A DNA stretch of 63,861 bases, the filler included, from Octopus bimaculoides (Eukaryota), in NCBI RefSeq assembly GCF_001194135.2. It is 9 parts of 9 records of this genome, joined end to end, with 100 filler letters (N's around TTAATTAATTAA, not from the genome) between each part and the next. Parts side by side here need not be neighbours in the genome. Positions count along the whole stretch, not along the records: positions 62,156 to 63,861 come from NC_068987.1; 8 more parts are not named here. One strand, given 5' to 3'. Below the pieces are notes generated by a model. The model made no database searches. It was not told the origin of the DNA and was given only the letters and a program-made list of their open reading frames with translations. The position numbers and the translations under genes are program-made. Positions 62,590 to 63,861 of this stretch are shown piece after piece. How positions within the stretch are numbered: position 1 is the first letter of the stretch; each line of letters opens with the position of its first letter.

Positions 62590-63200
62590 CCCTAGGTTAC
62601 AGGGGAGAGTCTCCAGGGCATTTGAGAAACTCAGTTTCTTGTGTATCTGTAAATTTTATGGCTCCTGTGCATTTTTCACGTATAGACACTACTTTCTTTA
62701 ACTTATCTGTTATTCCACTGCATCTCTTGTGTTTCCATAGTTTGCACTGAGTAGACTGTGCAGAATCCCTGCCTACACTTTTCCTACTTATCAAACTGAT
62801 CCTTTTACCTGAAGTGGGTAAGGTCCTGCCTGTTTTCTTGCTTAGAAGAATCTTGGTCTTTGCTAAATCAACCATAAGGCCCTTTGATTTCAGGTTTTTG
62901 CTTCCACACCTGGAATTTCTTTTCTAGTTCTGTTACAGGATCAGCTATGAAAGCAAGATCATCAGCATATAACAGTTTTCAGGGGCAGCCAGTCTGTTAT
63001 GACCTGGAGACTAACAATAAATAGGATGAAACTGAAAACCAAATCCTAATGAATGCCTACCTGTACACTAAATTCATCACTGTACTCATGGCTAACACTC
63101 ACCTTACAGACAGAACTTCTATACAACGTGTGTACAGCTTTCACAAACCACTCATCTACCCCTAGCTTCCTCAGAGCCCACCATATCACACAGCAGGGTA
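62590..63200 (-). pseudogene. Decayed RTE RT fragment
   Basis: WALRKLGVDEWFVKAV...VGIH...VDLAKTKIL...TQCKLWKHKRCSGI. Confidence 0.85.
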
Positions 63201-63204
63201 ATCT

Positions 63205-63480
63205 ATTTCATCAGTGAAGAAGAGAGTAGAGAGTTAGAAGAGGAGCTGATAACTGTTCAAAATGATATTGAATTGAAACCTAAATTCCACAAGTGCTATC
63301 AAGAATTTTGGCTTCAAAAGGCTATCCATGACCACTATCTGGAGCTTTGGAAGAAAGTCAAATTGTTTTTCATTGCCTTTGCAACATCTTGTTTGGCTGA
63401 GAGAGGATTCAGTGCAGTCACTTGCCTTCTTATGAAGCAGTGGTGCAAACTCCGAATTATGGAGCATAGGGATCTCAGGA
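63205..63480 (+). pseudogene. hAT (Buster/ZBED8/SCAND3-like) transposase C-terminal dimerisation-domain fragment
   Basis: ELEEELITVQND...YQEFWLQ...YLELWKKV...FATSCLAERGFSAV...HRDLR. Confidence 0.8.
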
Positions 63481-63861
63481 GAACAGTGACGTATTTACAA
63501 AATAACGGGTATGTTGATGAGTCTGTTCAAAAGACCAGAATCCCTGGGATCCCTGGATGCGTTGAACATTGTTTTCGATTTGGAAAGTGATCCAGGATGC
63601 CAAACAGAAAAAGAGAAGTCTGAATGTGGTATGGCTTGACCTAGCTAATGCATATGGCTCAGTGCCACACGAATTACTGATAAGAGCCATGGACCACTTC
63701 CACATTCCAAACAAAGTGATCAAAATAATGAGGATGTAATATGACAGTTTCGAAATGAGGTTTACAGCTGGAGATTTTACAACAGATTGGCACCGATTGG
63801 AGATTGGCATTGCTGCTGGCCGTACAATATCTGTCACATGGTTTATCTTAGTCATGGAGAT
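63481..63861 (+). pseudogene. HERO/R2-like (RLE group) retrotransposon RT fragment, running off the window end
   Basis: SVQKTRIPGIPGCVEH [frameshift] IWKVIQDAK...VVWLDLANAYGSVPHELL...HFHIP...WHRLEIGIAAGRTISV. Confidence 0.8.

Overview
AT-rich, microsatellite-dense eukaryotic draft-scaffold sequence with 23 N-gaps (about 6.7 kb, roughly 10%). The repeat families and microsatellite load suggest an octopod cephalopod (inference). One intact protein-coding gene is supported: an effector caspase-3/7-like gene (28852-29718, +, 288 aa) with an intronless CDS and complete catalytic and substrate-binding motifs. The rest is a transposon graveyard: several tRNA-derived SINE families, decayed RTE, R4/Dong-like, HERO-like, CR1/L2-like and Penelope-like retroelements, and mariner, hAT and Helitron remnants and MITEs. 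The most interesting non-genic signals are: (i) minimal type-I hammerhead-ribozyme-like motifs in Penelope-type termini (53003-53038, 53130-53169), and one fused behind a tRNA-derived Pol III head (34760-35012, SMalpha-like architecture); (ii) a 166-bp Merlin-like MITE with 31-bp TIRs and an 8-bp TSD carrying a TTAGGG array (6144-6309); (iii) several fold-back or template-switch structures; (iv) alternating CpG-retaining and CpG-decayed domains, with a candidate first exon at one boundary (55763-55949). Eight N44-TTAATTAATTAA-N44 blocks and two gap-flanking duplications are assembly artefacts. All translations and folds were done by eye; boundaries of decayed elements are approximate.
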